Part shown: piece by piece, positions 14,030 through 27,000 of the stretch
Numbering within the stretch: position 1 is the stretch's first letter
How the letters are laid out: each line of letters starts with the position of its first letter
Assembly (NCBI GenBank): GCA_047967505.1
Contig: CM106538.1
Source of the DNA: Dipteris shenzhenensis
Lineage: Eukaryota
Length of the DNA: 64,000 bases
Reading direction: 5' to 3' (one strand)
Notes under the pieces: generated by a model
What the model was told of the DNA's origin: nothing
Databases searched by the model: none
The model's input: only the letters and a program-made list of their open reading frames with translations
Position numbers and translations under genes: made by a program

Positions 14030-15810
14030 TGGTGCCTAAACTAGTCTAGTGGTTGTCTATGAATAAGTTTTGGAGTAGTTGAATTGTTCAACTTAATTTC
14101 TAAACCGGGATGCCTTGGACTTAATGTGACTATCCTAAACCATCTCGGTGGTTGGAACACCATGCAATATATCATTGTGTTGGTTTAAGTCAAACACGAG
14201 TTATGTGATGATTCTAAACAAATGTGGTTGAATAGTAATATATTTCACCAGCCCGATGGTTGTCTATGAATGATTTTTGGAATAGTTTAATTATTTAACT
14301 TTTAAACTGGTTTGGCTTGGACTTAATGTGATTGTCCTAAACCAGCCTAATGTAAGTCAAACACTAGTTATGTGCCTAGGGGGGGCACTATTTATCAACC
14401 CCATATAGCACGTGTGATCAAGGGGTATTAAGAAAACCCCCTAATTACGGATGTTTATAGCCTATATACAGCCCTTCTATAAATTTTGAGATAATAAAAG
14501 TATCCCTTATGTATGAAAATTTTCACTTTTTGAATTAAAAAACCCCTTATGTGTGTATATTTTTTGTAACTCCATAAAGATATAAAACCCATTCTATTGA
14601 TCTTGTGTGCTATCTTACGTATCTCTTAGTGGCCCCCTAGGGTTATGTGATTGTCCTAAACCACTTATGGTTGAACATCAATATATCACTAGTCTGGTGG
14701 TTGTCTCTGCTTGAGTTTTGGAATAGTTTAATTGTTTAATTTCCAAACTGTTGGCTTGGACGTAATGTGATTGTTCTAAACTAGCCGGGTGGTTGGAACA
14801 CCATATTTTGCAACAAAAAGAAACAATATATTGTTATTGTCTGACTGATGACTAGCACGATGGTTGAAAATGTTGTCTTTCCTAGTAGTTAAATATTAGT
14901 TAAGTTTAATTTTGGGTTGATTTGGGTCATATATCAGTTAATTTCTAAGCCAGTCTGGCTTGTACTTATTGTCCTAAACCAGTTGAGTGGTTTGGAACAT
15001 CGTGAAAATATCACCAAGTAGGCTCAAGTCAAACATGGGTTATGTGATTGTCCTAAATAGCGCGGTTGAAACATAAATATATTACAAAAATAGAAATAAT
15101 TAATGACCAACCCAATTGTTGGTTGAAATTGTTGTGTTTCAAAATAGTTAAATTATTTAAGTTTACTTTTGGGCTGGTTTGGATCACACACTAGTCATTT
15201 CCAAACCAAGTTGCCTTGGACTTATGTGATTATCCTAAGCCAGCCCACAGTTAGAACATTGTGCAATATATCACCGAGCTGGTTCAAGTTAAACAAAGTT
15301 GTTAACCCACATGGTTGAACAGAAAATAAATAGAAACATATTTTTCAGCCTAAATAATTGATGTGACCAGCCCGGTGGTTTGTGCTTTCTAGTAGTTAAA
15401 TTAGTTTATTTTACTAGTCATTAAATTAGTTTAGTTTACTTTCTGGTCTAGCTTGGATCATGCTTAGACTGTGATCATCAAAAACTAGCCTAGTGATTGG
15501 AACAACAATATATAATTTATCTAGCTAATGTGATTGTTATTTAGTTGTTTAATTGTTTTGTTTTCTACTAGCTTGATTACTTTAATTAGTAGTGTGATTA
15601 TCCCAAACCAACCCAGTGGTTGGAGCACCGAGCTGGTATAGGTTAGGCACTAGTTATGTGTTTGTCCTAAACCAACCCGCTGGTTGAAATTGTTTTATTT
15701 TGTAGTAGTGAAATTGTTTTGCCTTCCAGTAGCTTAATTAGTTTAACTAGCTTGATTAGTTTTGTAGTATAGTGAAATTATTTTGCTTTCTAGTAGCTTG
15801 ATTAGTTTAA
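14030..15810. repeat. Degenerate tandem/dispersed repeat array (core TGTGATTGTCCTAAACCA...GTGGTTG)
   Basis: About 10 imperfect copies of the core, e.g. near 14125, 14327, 14645, 14765, 15042, 15225 and 15657. The array lies directly upstream of the transposase exon at ~15875. Confidence 0.8.
14375..14641. mobile_element. MITE / non-autonomous TIR element, 267 bp, 8-bp TSD
   Basis: TIRs are CCTAGGGGGGGCACTA and TAGTGGCCCCCTAGG. The perfect TSD GTTATGTG lies at 14367-14374 and 14642-14649. Removing the element restores the host motif CACTAGTTATGTGATTGTCCTAAACC. Confidence 0.9.
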
Positions 15811-15874
15811 TTAGGTTGATTATACTATTTTTTTTCTTTCATCAAAATTTTATTTCTTGCATGTTGGGTGAGCA

Positions 15875-17290
15875 GACGCAGTTGTATCTAAAGTTTATGG
15901 CCCAAAACCCTGACCTTTTGATTGGTTAAAGGAGCTTTAAGCATTGTAAGTCTTGGTGAGCCCCTGGTACATTAGGAAACTCAAAGATAGGAATGTGTGT
16001 TATTGTAAAACACATAGACTTTGAATTGGCCCAAAAAGCTTTGAGTGACTTAAGAGCTTATCGTGTTGAAGCATTTCTCGATGGAGATATCTGTCCATGT
16101 CTCACAAATGAATGTGCAGTTTGTAGGCCACCCAAATCTTCACCATGTGTTGTGAGGGAGACCAAGCTTTATAGCCTAAGGTCTCTATTGGAGCCAATAG
16201 TTTGTCTAAAGGGAGACTCTGAGTGGCACTAGATTGAATGCATTTGTGGCACATGCACGGATTGTAATCTGGAGAAGAGGCAATATGATGTATGTCCTAA
16301 TGAAATGAGGGAAGACAACCCTGTTGCTCTAAAATGGATGAGATTTGAACATGATAATGTTGAAGGATCTAAGAAAAATGGATAGCTACTATTGTATGAG
16401 AGCCCTAGGGCACCAACTCCCTTTACTAAGAAAACCTATCAAAATCTTGAGTATGAGATGAATTTAACAATATGCCGTGTGTAGAAATTATTCAGAGTGT
16501 TCTACACTAAAAGAGCTTCAAATATGTCTTTACACCTTGAAATTTTGGTAACACATGAAAAAGTTGAATTCATTTGTTCATATTTTAGTGTAATTTTCAT
16601 CTTACCCCCCCTCATCCAAAAGACCCCCCCCCCCCTTAAGTCTCACATATTATGAAAAATATGTACAAATCTTAAAATCTTACCTATTTTTCAAGGTATA
16701 TACCTTATATTTTGTGGGAGGGGGGACATGAAATTTTCATATTTTTCCCTTGAATATTTGAATTTTAAAACGAAAATCTATGCATATTATTTTTGGTCCA
16801 TGTCCCCCCATACCTTGGATTTTGGACGAGGGTAGTAACATATTACATATTGAGTTGGCACCCCATGATAAGAGCACTCAGCCGAGGGAGCTTGTAGAGC
16901 ACTTGGCTCATCCATCCCAAAATACATGCTTCACAATTTCACAACTAGCTGCCAAGATAAGTAGTTCAGGAAGTGCCTTACCAAATTTCCCCATGACACT
17001 ATTATCTTGTCATATATTTTACAAAAACCACTCTTTTCAAGAACAAGATGACATGCTTGTTGTTGCTGACTCAGAGTCTAGGTTAGCAAAATGTGCATAC
17101 CATTTCTACATTTTAGAGGATAGGGAATACAACACCTTATTTGTGCAGCATGCTTTTCTATTGCATTGCGAATGGCTTAAAAATGATGATCCCCATGTAC
17201 AAGAAAATAACATTGGGTATGATCATATGGTGCTTCCTCTTAGTTTGAATCAACCCATGCATTTGACTTTGTCTCAAGGTTTAAATCCCT
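15875..17290 (+). pseudogene. Decayed DDD transposase, tentatively Sola2-like (copy A), interrupted by a MITE
   Basis: After a CAG acceptor the translation reads TQLYLKFMAQNPDLLIG, then a Cys/His-rich segment, KYMLHNFTTSCQDK*FRKCLTKFP, HFYILEDREYNTLFVQHAFLLH and a decayed W..SDG...QF motif (~17215-17250). It is homologous to 40261-40540. Confidence 0.7.
16404..16867. mobile_element. MITE / non-autonomous TIR element, 464 bp, 8-bp TSD
   Basis: The imperfect TIRs CCTAGGGCACCAACTC and GAGTTGGCACCCCATG match at 12/16. The TSD is ATGAGAGC (16396) / ATAAGAGC (16868). Excision rejoins the transposase frame LLLYES-TQPRELVEHL. Confidence 0.75.
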
Positions 17291-18099
17291 AACCGTCTAA
17301 ACATGACATGGAAAATGGGGTGTCTTGGAGTAGTGAACAACTAAGAAAATGCATTCTAAGGGAAATGTGTTCCACTTATTCTCGAGAAATGGATAAATCC
17401 CAAACCCATCGTGCTCGTTTTACAACCATTGCACTTGTTTTATGTGAATCCCATATAGTAAATCCCCACTATGCTTGTTCTCCAACCATTGTGCTTGCTT
17501 TTTATAGTAAATCTTAAACCCACCACACTTTTTTAGTAATCACAAATGATTGGATGTATTCTAGTCTTACAAACTTGGTAGCATAATAGGACATAAGAGT
17601 GTCCTTTTGAGGTTTTGGCCAAAAAATCACTTGTTGTAGATGTGTTTTTGGGTGATTTCCTCTCTTTAGCTTGTAACGGTAGACTCATAGGACTATTATC
17701 TAAAAATATAAGGGCACAAAAAACTATTACATGTGATTACAAAATTTTCACAAATTTATGGTAACACAGTCTTTCACCTAGACAACACTCTGATTTAAAA
17801 CTTTATCTAGCATGCCTAAAAATAAAATTGATTTCAAGGAGCTAGCATTTCTTACAAAACATTTATAAGTATATCAAACACCTAAGAGTGACAAAACTTT
17901 GTTTAAAAATCATTTTGGCAAGATTAATTTATCAATTAACAAGAGTGGTTAGCCTACCATGTTGCACTATAAGTCGCATTTCCTAAATAAGCATATCTAT
18001 ATACTACACATAATAGCCACAAAGCATAATATCTTAAGTATAACAATCTTATATCATAAGGGAAAGTCACCACGTCACAATAGGAGGGGGGTCTAAGCA

Positions 18100-19260
18100 T
18101 CATATATCCAGACTTGCAATGCAAGTCCTTGCTTTGCAAGTTTCTGGTGGGTTAGAGGACTTACGCCTAAGATGAGCCTTGGGAAATTTTCTTCATTCAT
18201 AATATTCAAGCTTGCAACCCCTCCACAGGGGGATATTGGATGGATAGCACCAGATGGATCTTCACCTCAGCCCATCTAAGGTGTTCTTCCTCTTCGCTTA
18301 TGGTTGCGATTTTGAAGGCTTAGGCCAGCTTTAGAAGTATCCTTCGGAGAGTTCCCCTACTCTGTCGAAGAGATTGATAGGTAGCCGATTATGTGGAATG
18401 ATAGTATACTTGACGAACATGGTAGGCAGCTTGGTATGTCTCACTATATGCAAAGATTCAGGTGGGAGAGAGGCCTCCAAGAGGCTTCTAGAAGTTTGTC
18501 AACAATAACAATTAGTCACCGCAGAAGGGGATACTTTAGATTGATGCAGCCCTTCCCCTTGATTGGGTGGATATAAATGATTGGCTTATTGTTTGTTCCA
18601 TGTGGATGGGGGTCTTCTTGAGGATAGGAATTTTTTTGGGAGCACAAAAGGATGCCTTGGTTTTTTATGTACAGGTAGATGGCAAGCTGGTTATTTCTTC
18701 AGAAGATATTCTTTTGGGCATATCTTTCTAGCCTGTCACAGGATCATAGGCTTTTTAGATCAAGGCAAGGACTCTGTATGTCATATTGATTCAAGCGCTC
18801 GTCTTTCTCTTTTAGGTTCTTGGAGGTTGTTGCTCTTTGGAGGAGTCCCCATAAAGTTTATTTAGTGGGACTCCAAAGCGTGGGAATGGATTGTTGAGGG
18901 AACCAAGAGAAGAGCCTTCCTTTTTTTGATCATGCGGTCAATAACTCTAGGAGGTTTTAGATTAGTTGTAGATGCTAGAGACCTTCCAAATCCCCTCATT
19001 GGGAGAGGTATCACGTTTTCATTGATTTGTAGAGGATCTTCTAGCGGAGGCTTTGGAGATCCCAAAGAAATACAAAGGTCGCTCTATTTTTTTGGCTTTC
19101 TATTCATGGAGGGATTGCAGTGAACAGGTGGAGGTCTAAATTTGGGGTAGACCCCACTTGTTGTCTTAGGTGCTCGTTTGCTGCAGAGTTGATTCATCAT
19201 TTCTATGGGACTATAGGCATGCAAGAACCATTTGGATGGGAATTTCCAGGGTCCTCAGTA
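18100..19260 (+). pseudogene. L1-type LINE ORF2 C-terminal fragment (zf-RVT region)
   Basis: LWRSQRNTKVALFFWLSIHGGIAVNRWRSKFGVDPTCCLRCSFAAELIHH fits the W..K..F.W...H...C..C....E..H zinc-binding motif of plant LINEs. Confidence 0.7.
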
Positions 19261-19499
19261 CTTTTCCTCTTGTACAACATGATGTATTTCCGTTATGAGC
19301 TTGCTCACGCGGGTAATTTTTCATACTTAATACAAGTCTTTTTCAAGGAAAAAAATGAAGAAGAAGTTTGTAGAGCTATTAGTTGGCTACAGATTTGTTG
19401 TTTATAGTTTTGGCATCCGAGTTATGCATGAAAAATTATAGGACCTGCAAAATTGCAAAAAGTTACAGTCTACACTGTAGTTTGCTTGCCTCACCAACA

Positions 19500-22400
19500 T
19501 TCTCTTGGAGATTTTTAGCATTAAAAATTTTGATGGGACAAACTTTTCTTTGTGGAAAGAATAGATAAGGAATGTGCTTATTCAAAAGAAGTAGATTAAA
19601 CCCCTGGATTAGGCTAAGCCTACAGGAGCTATGTATGAGGATGATTGGAATGAGTTGGATGCATTACCAAGGTCTAATGTTCATATTGCAATTTCACAAT
19701 AGTAAATGAGAAGACTACGAAAGATTTGTGGAAGAAATTATGTGCCACTTATGAGAAGGAAACTACCTCTAATAAAGTTTACCTCATGAAGACATTGTTT
19801 GAGCTGTAGATGAAGGAAGGGGTCTCCATTGCTTCTAACTTAAATGAATTCAATATTATTTTCAGCCAGCTTCAAAATTTTGATGTGGAGACTAAGGAAA
19901 TATTCCTCTTATGTTCATTGCCATGCTTATGGGATGCCTTCCATATAGCTACCTATCAGTAACTCTGCACCTAGTGGAGCACTAAAGTTTGATGATGTTG
20001 TGGCTAGCTTGTTGGCAAAGGAGATTAGATGAAAGTCTATGGAAGGCAACAAGCAGGATGGAGCCTTAAATGTGCAAAGGGGTAGATCACAATTCAGGGG
20101 GAAGTCTCAAGAAAGAGAGAAGTCTCATAACAAATCTAGGGCAGGAAAATTAAGTGTTACCATTGTGGCAAGAAGGGCCACATGAAATCCTTCTTCTAAA
20201 AGTTGAAAGGAGAGCAAAAGGATAAGAAAAAGAATGCAAATTTCGGGTGCAAATAAGAAGCAAGAGAGTCCAAGGGAGGACAAAGGAAAAGTGAAGATTG
20301 AGGAGATCAATGCAGCATCATGACTAATAATAGTAACTATGCCATTCTCTTCATGTCTAGTCTACCTCCATAGTTGCTCACCACTTTAGATTATGCATAT
20401 TCACAAGATTGGATTTTGGACTCTGGTGCTTCATTCCATGTTAATCCCCATAGGGAATGGTTCTCCATTTATGATAGGAGAAAGACATGTTGTGTGCATC
20501 TTGGAAATAACTATGCATGTGACAAAGTGGGAGTAGGTGACATAAAGTTTTCTTTTGCAAATGAGTCTACATTTGTTTTAAAAAATGTGAGACGTGTGCC
20601 TAAGCTAACCAAGAGTCTCATTTCAGTGGGTCAGCTAGATGATGCTGGTTTTTAGACCATCTTTGATTTTGGGATTTGGAAAATTCAAAAGGGATCTATG
20701 CTTTTGGCCAGGGGTGCCAAATGTGAGACTCTGTATTCCTTACATGTGTCAGGTGTGTCTGATCATGTTGTTGCAATAACTGAGCAGCCAAGTATTCCTT
20801 TGTGGCATTGCCAGTTGGGCCATATGAGTCAAAATGGAATGAAACTCTTATGCCATTTGGGTTACGTACTGCATTTCAATCTTTTTTACTTTGAATTTTG
20901 TGAGCACTATCTTTATGGGAAGTATATTGAATTAGCCCATAAAAGAAGGGGAAAGAAAGAGCTTGAAAAGCTTGATTTGGTGCATTTAGGCAATGTGATC
21001 CCATGCCTAGATGGTCATTATGTAGGGCTGAATACTATGTGACATGCATTAATGATGCAACTAGGAAAGTGTGGCCTTATGCTATGGCTCAGAAGAGTGA
21101 TGTGTTCTAGGTATTTCAAAAATGGATAGCTTTGGTTGAAAATCAGTCAGGTAGAATGCTTAAATGCCTACAAACTGATAATGGTGGAGAGTATCTCTCT
21201 CATGACTTTCAACATTTTGTAATACACGTGGGATCAAGAGGGAAATCACGTGCCCTTGTACTCTAGAGCAAAACTTTAGATGCAGAAAAGATGAACCATG
21301 CCATTTAGGAAAGGTTGCAATGTATGCTTTCCAATGCAAGTCTTTCTGGTGGTTTTTTGGCTAAGGCAATGAAGACTGCAGTACACGTGATCAATAGATC
21401 ACCTAGTAAGAGTTTGGATGGTGGTATTCTTGAAGAGGCATGAGTGGCAAGAAGCCCTCTTACTCTCATTTTTGTATATTTGGGTGTGAGGTGTATTCAT
21501 ATGTGCCAAAAGAGCTTCGAAAGAAGCTAGATCCCAAGTCTAGGAAATGCATCTTTCTAGGTTATGGTGAAAGTGGAGAGATGGGCTATCATCTCTAGGA
21601 TCCAGAAGAAAAAAAGATCATATGCATCCATGATATGTTCTTCAATGAGAAGAAGATGCATAATACACCCGTGAGGGATGTGGAAATGAGGAGAATCACT
21701 TTCTAGGATGTGAATCTGACTGCATATGTTGATAGACAACAAGTTGTTCATGCACCAAATGTGTAGGAAATGGTACCACTAGATATTCCCACAAGTGAGC
21801 CATAGGTACACAATCAAGGGCAAATGATGGGTCATCTATTGGTGGAAATGATGAGCCAAATGTTTCTAATATGCAAGCGGGAGAGCAAGCTGAAATGCCC
21901 TTGAGAAGATTAGCTGCATTGTCTAGACCACTTGATAGGTTTGTTCCAAGGGTAGACTATGTGATGCTTACTGATTGTGGGGAGCCTTCTTGCTATAGAG
22001 AGGCTATGATGTGCGAGGATTAGCACAAGTGGGAGTATGATATGCAATCAGAGATGGTTCACTCATGAAGAATAAGACTTGGGACTTGGTTTCTTTACCA
22101 CATGGAAAGAAAGCATTGCCATGATGTCCCTAAATATAAGGCTTGTTTGGTTGCTAAAGGATTCAAGCAAGAGAAGGGTGTATACTTTGATTAGATCTTC
22201 TCTATAGTTGTGAAGATGACCACACTTAGATGCGTACTTGGATTTGTGGTAGAAGAGGATGTGTAGCTAATGCAGATGGATGTCAAGACGGCTTTCTTGC
22301 ATGGGGATCTACATGAGGAAATTAACATGGTGTAGTCGAAAGGCTTTGAAGAAAAGGGAAAAGAGCATTTGGTTTGCAAGCTAAAAAAGATTCTCTATGG

Positions 22401-22771
22401 CCTTAAGCAAGCGCCTAGAGAATGGTATCAGAAATTTGATGCTTTCATTTGGTCCCAGGGTTTCAAAAGGAGTGAAATTGATCACTGCTTCTACACTAAA
22501 AGGGCTAAGGATAATATTTTGATACTCTTGGCACTTTATGTGGATGATATGCTATTGTCTAGCAAGAACACTTATGAGATGGATGCATTAAAGGCCAAGT
22601 TGCATGAGGCCTTTTTCATGAAGGATTTGGGACCTACAATTCATATTCTTGGTATGCACATCACATGTGACCAGATCAGTAGGAAACTCCTTTTGCTTTC
22701 ACAAAAGGAGTATGCTACAAAAGTATTGCAGCATTTCAATATGGAGGGGGGGAAGGTAGTGAGTACCATGG
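19500..22771 (+). mobile_element. gag-pol: Old Tnt1/Tork-like Ty1/copia copy 1 (gag-PR-IN-RT, decayed, 3'-truncated)
   Basis: Contains FDGTNFSLWK gag, WILDSGASFH protease (20409), LWHCQLGHMS, LKK.LYGLKQAPREWY and LYVDDML. It is collinear with 52081-54375. Confidence 0.92.
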
Positions 22772-24030
22772 TGTAATTACATAATACCTTAAGGTCATTT
22801 GTTGCAAGCCCTAACCATACCCAAAGGGGTTTTAATGTACATATTCATGTTTATGTTCAATACAGTGTACAGCTAGTCCATCTTGTGTGCAATCCTCTCT
22901 CTCCCTCTGTCACTTCTATTATCATGGTATCAAAGCTGATGGTGCTCCCAAGCTCTTGTATCTTGTCAAGTTACCAATCCCTCATTATGCAAGGCATTCA
23001 ATCTTTGTGAGTGAGTTTTAAATTAGAGAGAGTGCAATCCCTTGTTCTGTCAAGGCACAAAATCCTTTGTCTTGTCAAGGTGTAAGCACTCCATTTGAGG
23101 CATCTTCTTCATCCTCTCTAGCTCTTCATGTAGAGCTCATTCTCCTCTCCGTTTTGGTTCAAGAAGCCCAAGATTTGCCTTATGGAGCTTGAGACATGAT
23201 CATTTAGGTCTCTGTGTCTAGAGATGGAGAGGTTCATTGTGATGTATTCTCTGAGAGATTTTTGGACTCTTCAAGATATATGAAATGTATATTTCTATAA
23301 TTTTTATTTGTTGAGAATTCTGTACTCCTCTCAGAACCATGCTTGAGCTTCAACAGCAAGATAGCCTACTATGACTCAAAAACTACTATAGCAAGCTCAA
23401 ATACTCAAAGCAAAGACACATCTCACCCACCTACAAGGCTCTAAGGTAACCTGAAACTACAATAGGGCCCTAGCTGCAATGACAAGGCATAAAGGTAGCC
23501 TCCATCCAAAGCTTTAAAGGACTATGCCACTCAAAGAAGCTTGACTCTAGTGATGACTCCAATTTTGCCAAGAAAACAACGTCAACAGCTCCTCAATGGC
23601 TCAAAGAAAAGAGCTTTGACCATCCCACATAGCAAGCTCACAAGCCCTCTATGGCAACAACATGAGTGGGTATGGACAAGCAACCAATGAAGGACTGCAC
23701 ACGGTCATGCTACACCCACAAGCCAACCAGCTTGCATCAAATAACCTCCAACATATCGACTCCATCCAAACACAGATCTATCTCTCAATAGCACCATTAA
23801 TGGTGAAGATTAGCTCCACAGAGACTCTGTGTTCAACAAGTCTATTATGCCTACAATGATAGGCTCGACAGCACTGAAGCTCCTATGCAGCTAAACTCAC
23901 ATGTGATTACAATGTCCAAACAGAGGCTACAATGACTCAAGCTCCCACAGAAACCATAGCAAGCTCCCAGAAGACATCAATCAGCAAACGAGTAGCCCCC
24001 ACAACATCGGCCTTGACCTACAACAATAGA
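22772..24030 (+). mobile_element. 5' fragment of another LTR element: ~153-bp LTR (22772-22924), PBS and non-coding leader
   Basis: TGTAAT begins where copy 1 homology stops. The segment ends ...ATCA followed by TGGTATCAAAGC (22925-22936). Confidence 0.65.
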
Positions 24031-24049
24031 AAAACAAAGTTTGCTGCTA

Positions 24050-27000
24050 TTTTAGTAATTGGTGCACTGACTACCTCTTGTTCTTTGATGTCCTAAATTC
24101 TTCTTTTGTGAATTGGGACTCTCCCCCAACTCAGACATAGAGGGTGCTAATATTATATGTTTTGATTTCTCCTCTTTAATATAACTCTTTCTGCAAGACC
24201 TCCAACTGCTCCTATAGTATATTCACCCAGATTGACTCTGCAGTCTTGATATGCTATCCAAATGGTTGCTCAAGTGTAATTAAAAATTTCTATTTTATGT
24301 TCATCCACATTTTAGTCATGTAATGGTACAATCTTCTCTGCAACTCTTCTCTTCTACACCTTTACTACTCATGAACATGCCTTCTACTTCAAGAGTATCT
24401 TCATCATTCATGACCTTGATCTGAGCCTCTACATCTGTCAATGCATCCACTCTTTCTTGTAATATTGTATTCTCATTGGACAATTTTGAATTTCCCTCCA
24501 TCAAGATATTTAACTATTCAATTAGGGTGATTTCACCTCCAGTAGCCACTTCTGTATATTTTCAACCATACCAATCAACAAATTCTACAACTTCTTGGTC
24601 TTGTCCTAAATCTATGCATTTTGCTATTTTAGTTATCCCATCATCAACATATTAGTTGTTTCTCTCTCCTGGGCCTCCTTTTGTTGCTATGGCAATTGAT
24701 TTCTCTCTTGAGTTAACCTTGCCTTTTCATCTGTAAGCTGTTCAATCTAAATCTGCAATCTTGTCACCTTAATATGCACATGTTTAGAAAATTTCTCATG
24801 GCCTTCCTTGTAGCTCTTATGCATCTGTCCTTTTGTTTCTAATTCTTCTAGCAACATCTGTTCATGTTGAGATATTAGCCTTTACTATCGATGAAATGTG
24901 GTCAAAAATTTAACAAAAGATACAATTCGACTTACTACCCAATCTGCCTCTTGCTCAAAAATTTCTTCAAGCATACTCTGATCATTCACATTAGGAAGAT
25001 TCAAAATTGGAATTTGCTGATGCTGCAATTCTTCTCATCCTAGTCATGGGATTAAGATAAACTCTTTGCATTTTATTGGCTCCTCTTGTCCCATTATTCT
25101 ATTGGCTTCTCCTCCTTTGGATTGATATTTTCTTTATCGTTTCCTTGCTCTACCAATAATACATCCTTGTATTTGGTTAGTAACTCTAGGATTTCCAATC
25201 CCTTGTCCTCCTTTGTCTTTGATTTAGCATTCCCTTGTTTGAATCTCAACTTCATCAATATTCTTGTAGGATAACTACTCCATGGAGGAGATGGCAACAC
25301 ATCTTCAACAATTTTAAACCTCTTGTAGGACTCATCAAGATCCCTGTCTATGTATCCAATTTCTTTCAACTTGGCCCTTTCCTCTTCTATGAGTGGAATC
25401 TTGTTTAGGTTAGTTGTATCATCCCCTTCTTTTAAAGGTTGTTCTGGCCGTGTAACTATATTTGCATACTCAAGAAGTCCAACCAGCATATGTTTGACCT
25501 TTGACTATGTAACACTTCTACATTTTTCCTTACCCAAAACTTATCCCATTATTCTAGATGCACTATCCCTGTTGAGTTATACTTACATCCACTTTCTACT
25601 AAAAGAATTAGTGAGTAATTGGATTCTGACATATAGTCATATTTCATAAGAAACATTATGCACTCTAGAAACCATAAAAATTGCTCCTGTCTCACTATGT
25701 TTATGCAATTTCTAATCATATAGTAATTTTTGGTGGTCTGAGGCATCCCGTATTTTGCAACCATCTGTTATGAAGTGCATTTTATTTCTTCCTTTTTATG
25801 TGCCTCTGGATACCATGGTAAGTTAAATACTTGTAACACCACCTACTAAGTCATTCATAGTCTTGGTGCTACATAACCCCTTGATTCTTGAAAGCAAACA
25901 AACTACTTATCGGCCTACATATTAATCTACCACCTGCACCAATGGCAGTTGTGGTAACCTTCCAGCTCCATCTTCTTTAACCATACTAAATTTTTGGATA
26001 AATCATCATCCAATTGAAATTTAAAATCCACAAATGTAGACAGCTCAGCTATAGCATATTGACTTACTTGCTTTGCCCACTTTAGGTCGACTCTACGACT
26101 TGCTCCTCAAGCTCTTCCAACTTTTGGGCTTTAGAATGTAGTGTTTTGGATGTTCCAAAAGACACCTTTCTTTTTCCCATACTTTTCTACTGCATCTAAG
26201 AGTCTGAGTCTACTTAGGCTTGCAAAGTGGTGCTTGCAGTGTCTACTGTGGGCAATGGTCTATTTGTGCATAAGAGACCTCGCATGTTGAGTTTTGAATC
26301 AGTGAAGCTGATTGTACACATGTTCCCACCAACATAGGAGGCCTTGCATGTTGAGTTTTAAAGTTGATTGTACACATGTTCCCAACAATTTGCAATACTA
26401 AGATGATGTTGAACTGGTATAGGAATCAACCATGTGATATTTAAGCCATCCCTTTGATTTTGACCCACATGCAAATTGTCACTCCACTAAATACGGGCCA
26501 TCACCTCTTCTGTATTATACCTAGATATTGTCCTAACCAAGATTTTTGCTTCCAGATCCTCTAACTGAGCCATCGTTTCCCGTACCCATACAAATGTCTT
26601 CATGCAGAATCTATTAACTGGAGTTGGGAACCCGTTGCCATGTAGATCTACAATCTAGAAATTCCCCTGTTTGAGGTCCTCCACAATCTGGTATGGGCCT
26701 TAATACCTCAATTTGAGCTTGCTCGGAAATATTCTTGATCTAGAAATACCATATATCCCACTCCAAACAACTTGAACTTAATGTTTAGGTTCACCCATGC
26801 CTTACACAGTTCTTGAATGACTTGAACCGTATATTGACTATGAATCGTCTTCCTCTGGGTGGAGTAACTGTTCTTGCCAAAACTACATGGATTCCTCTAG
26901 GGTCATTTTTTCCTCCGAAATCTATAAACTCGATGCGATGAACTCCATTGGGACAACTGCCTCTAGACCGTATACCAAACGGAATAGTGTCATGCTTGTA

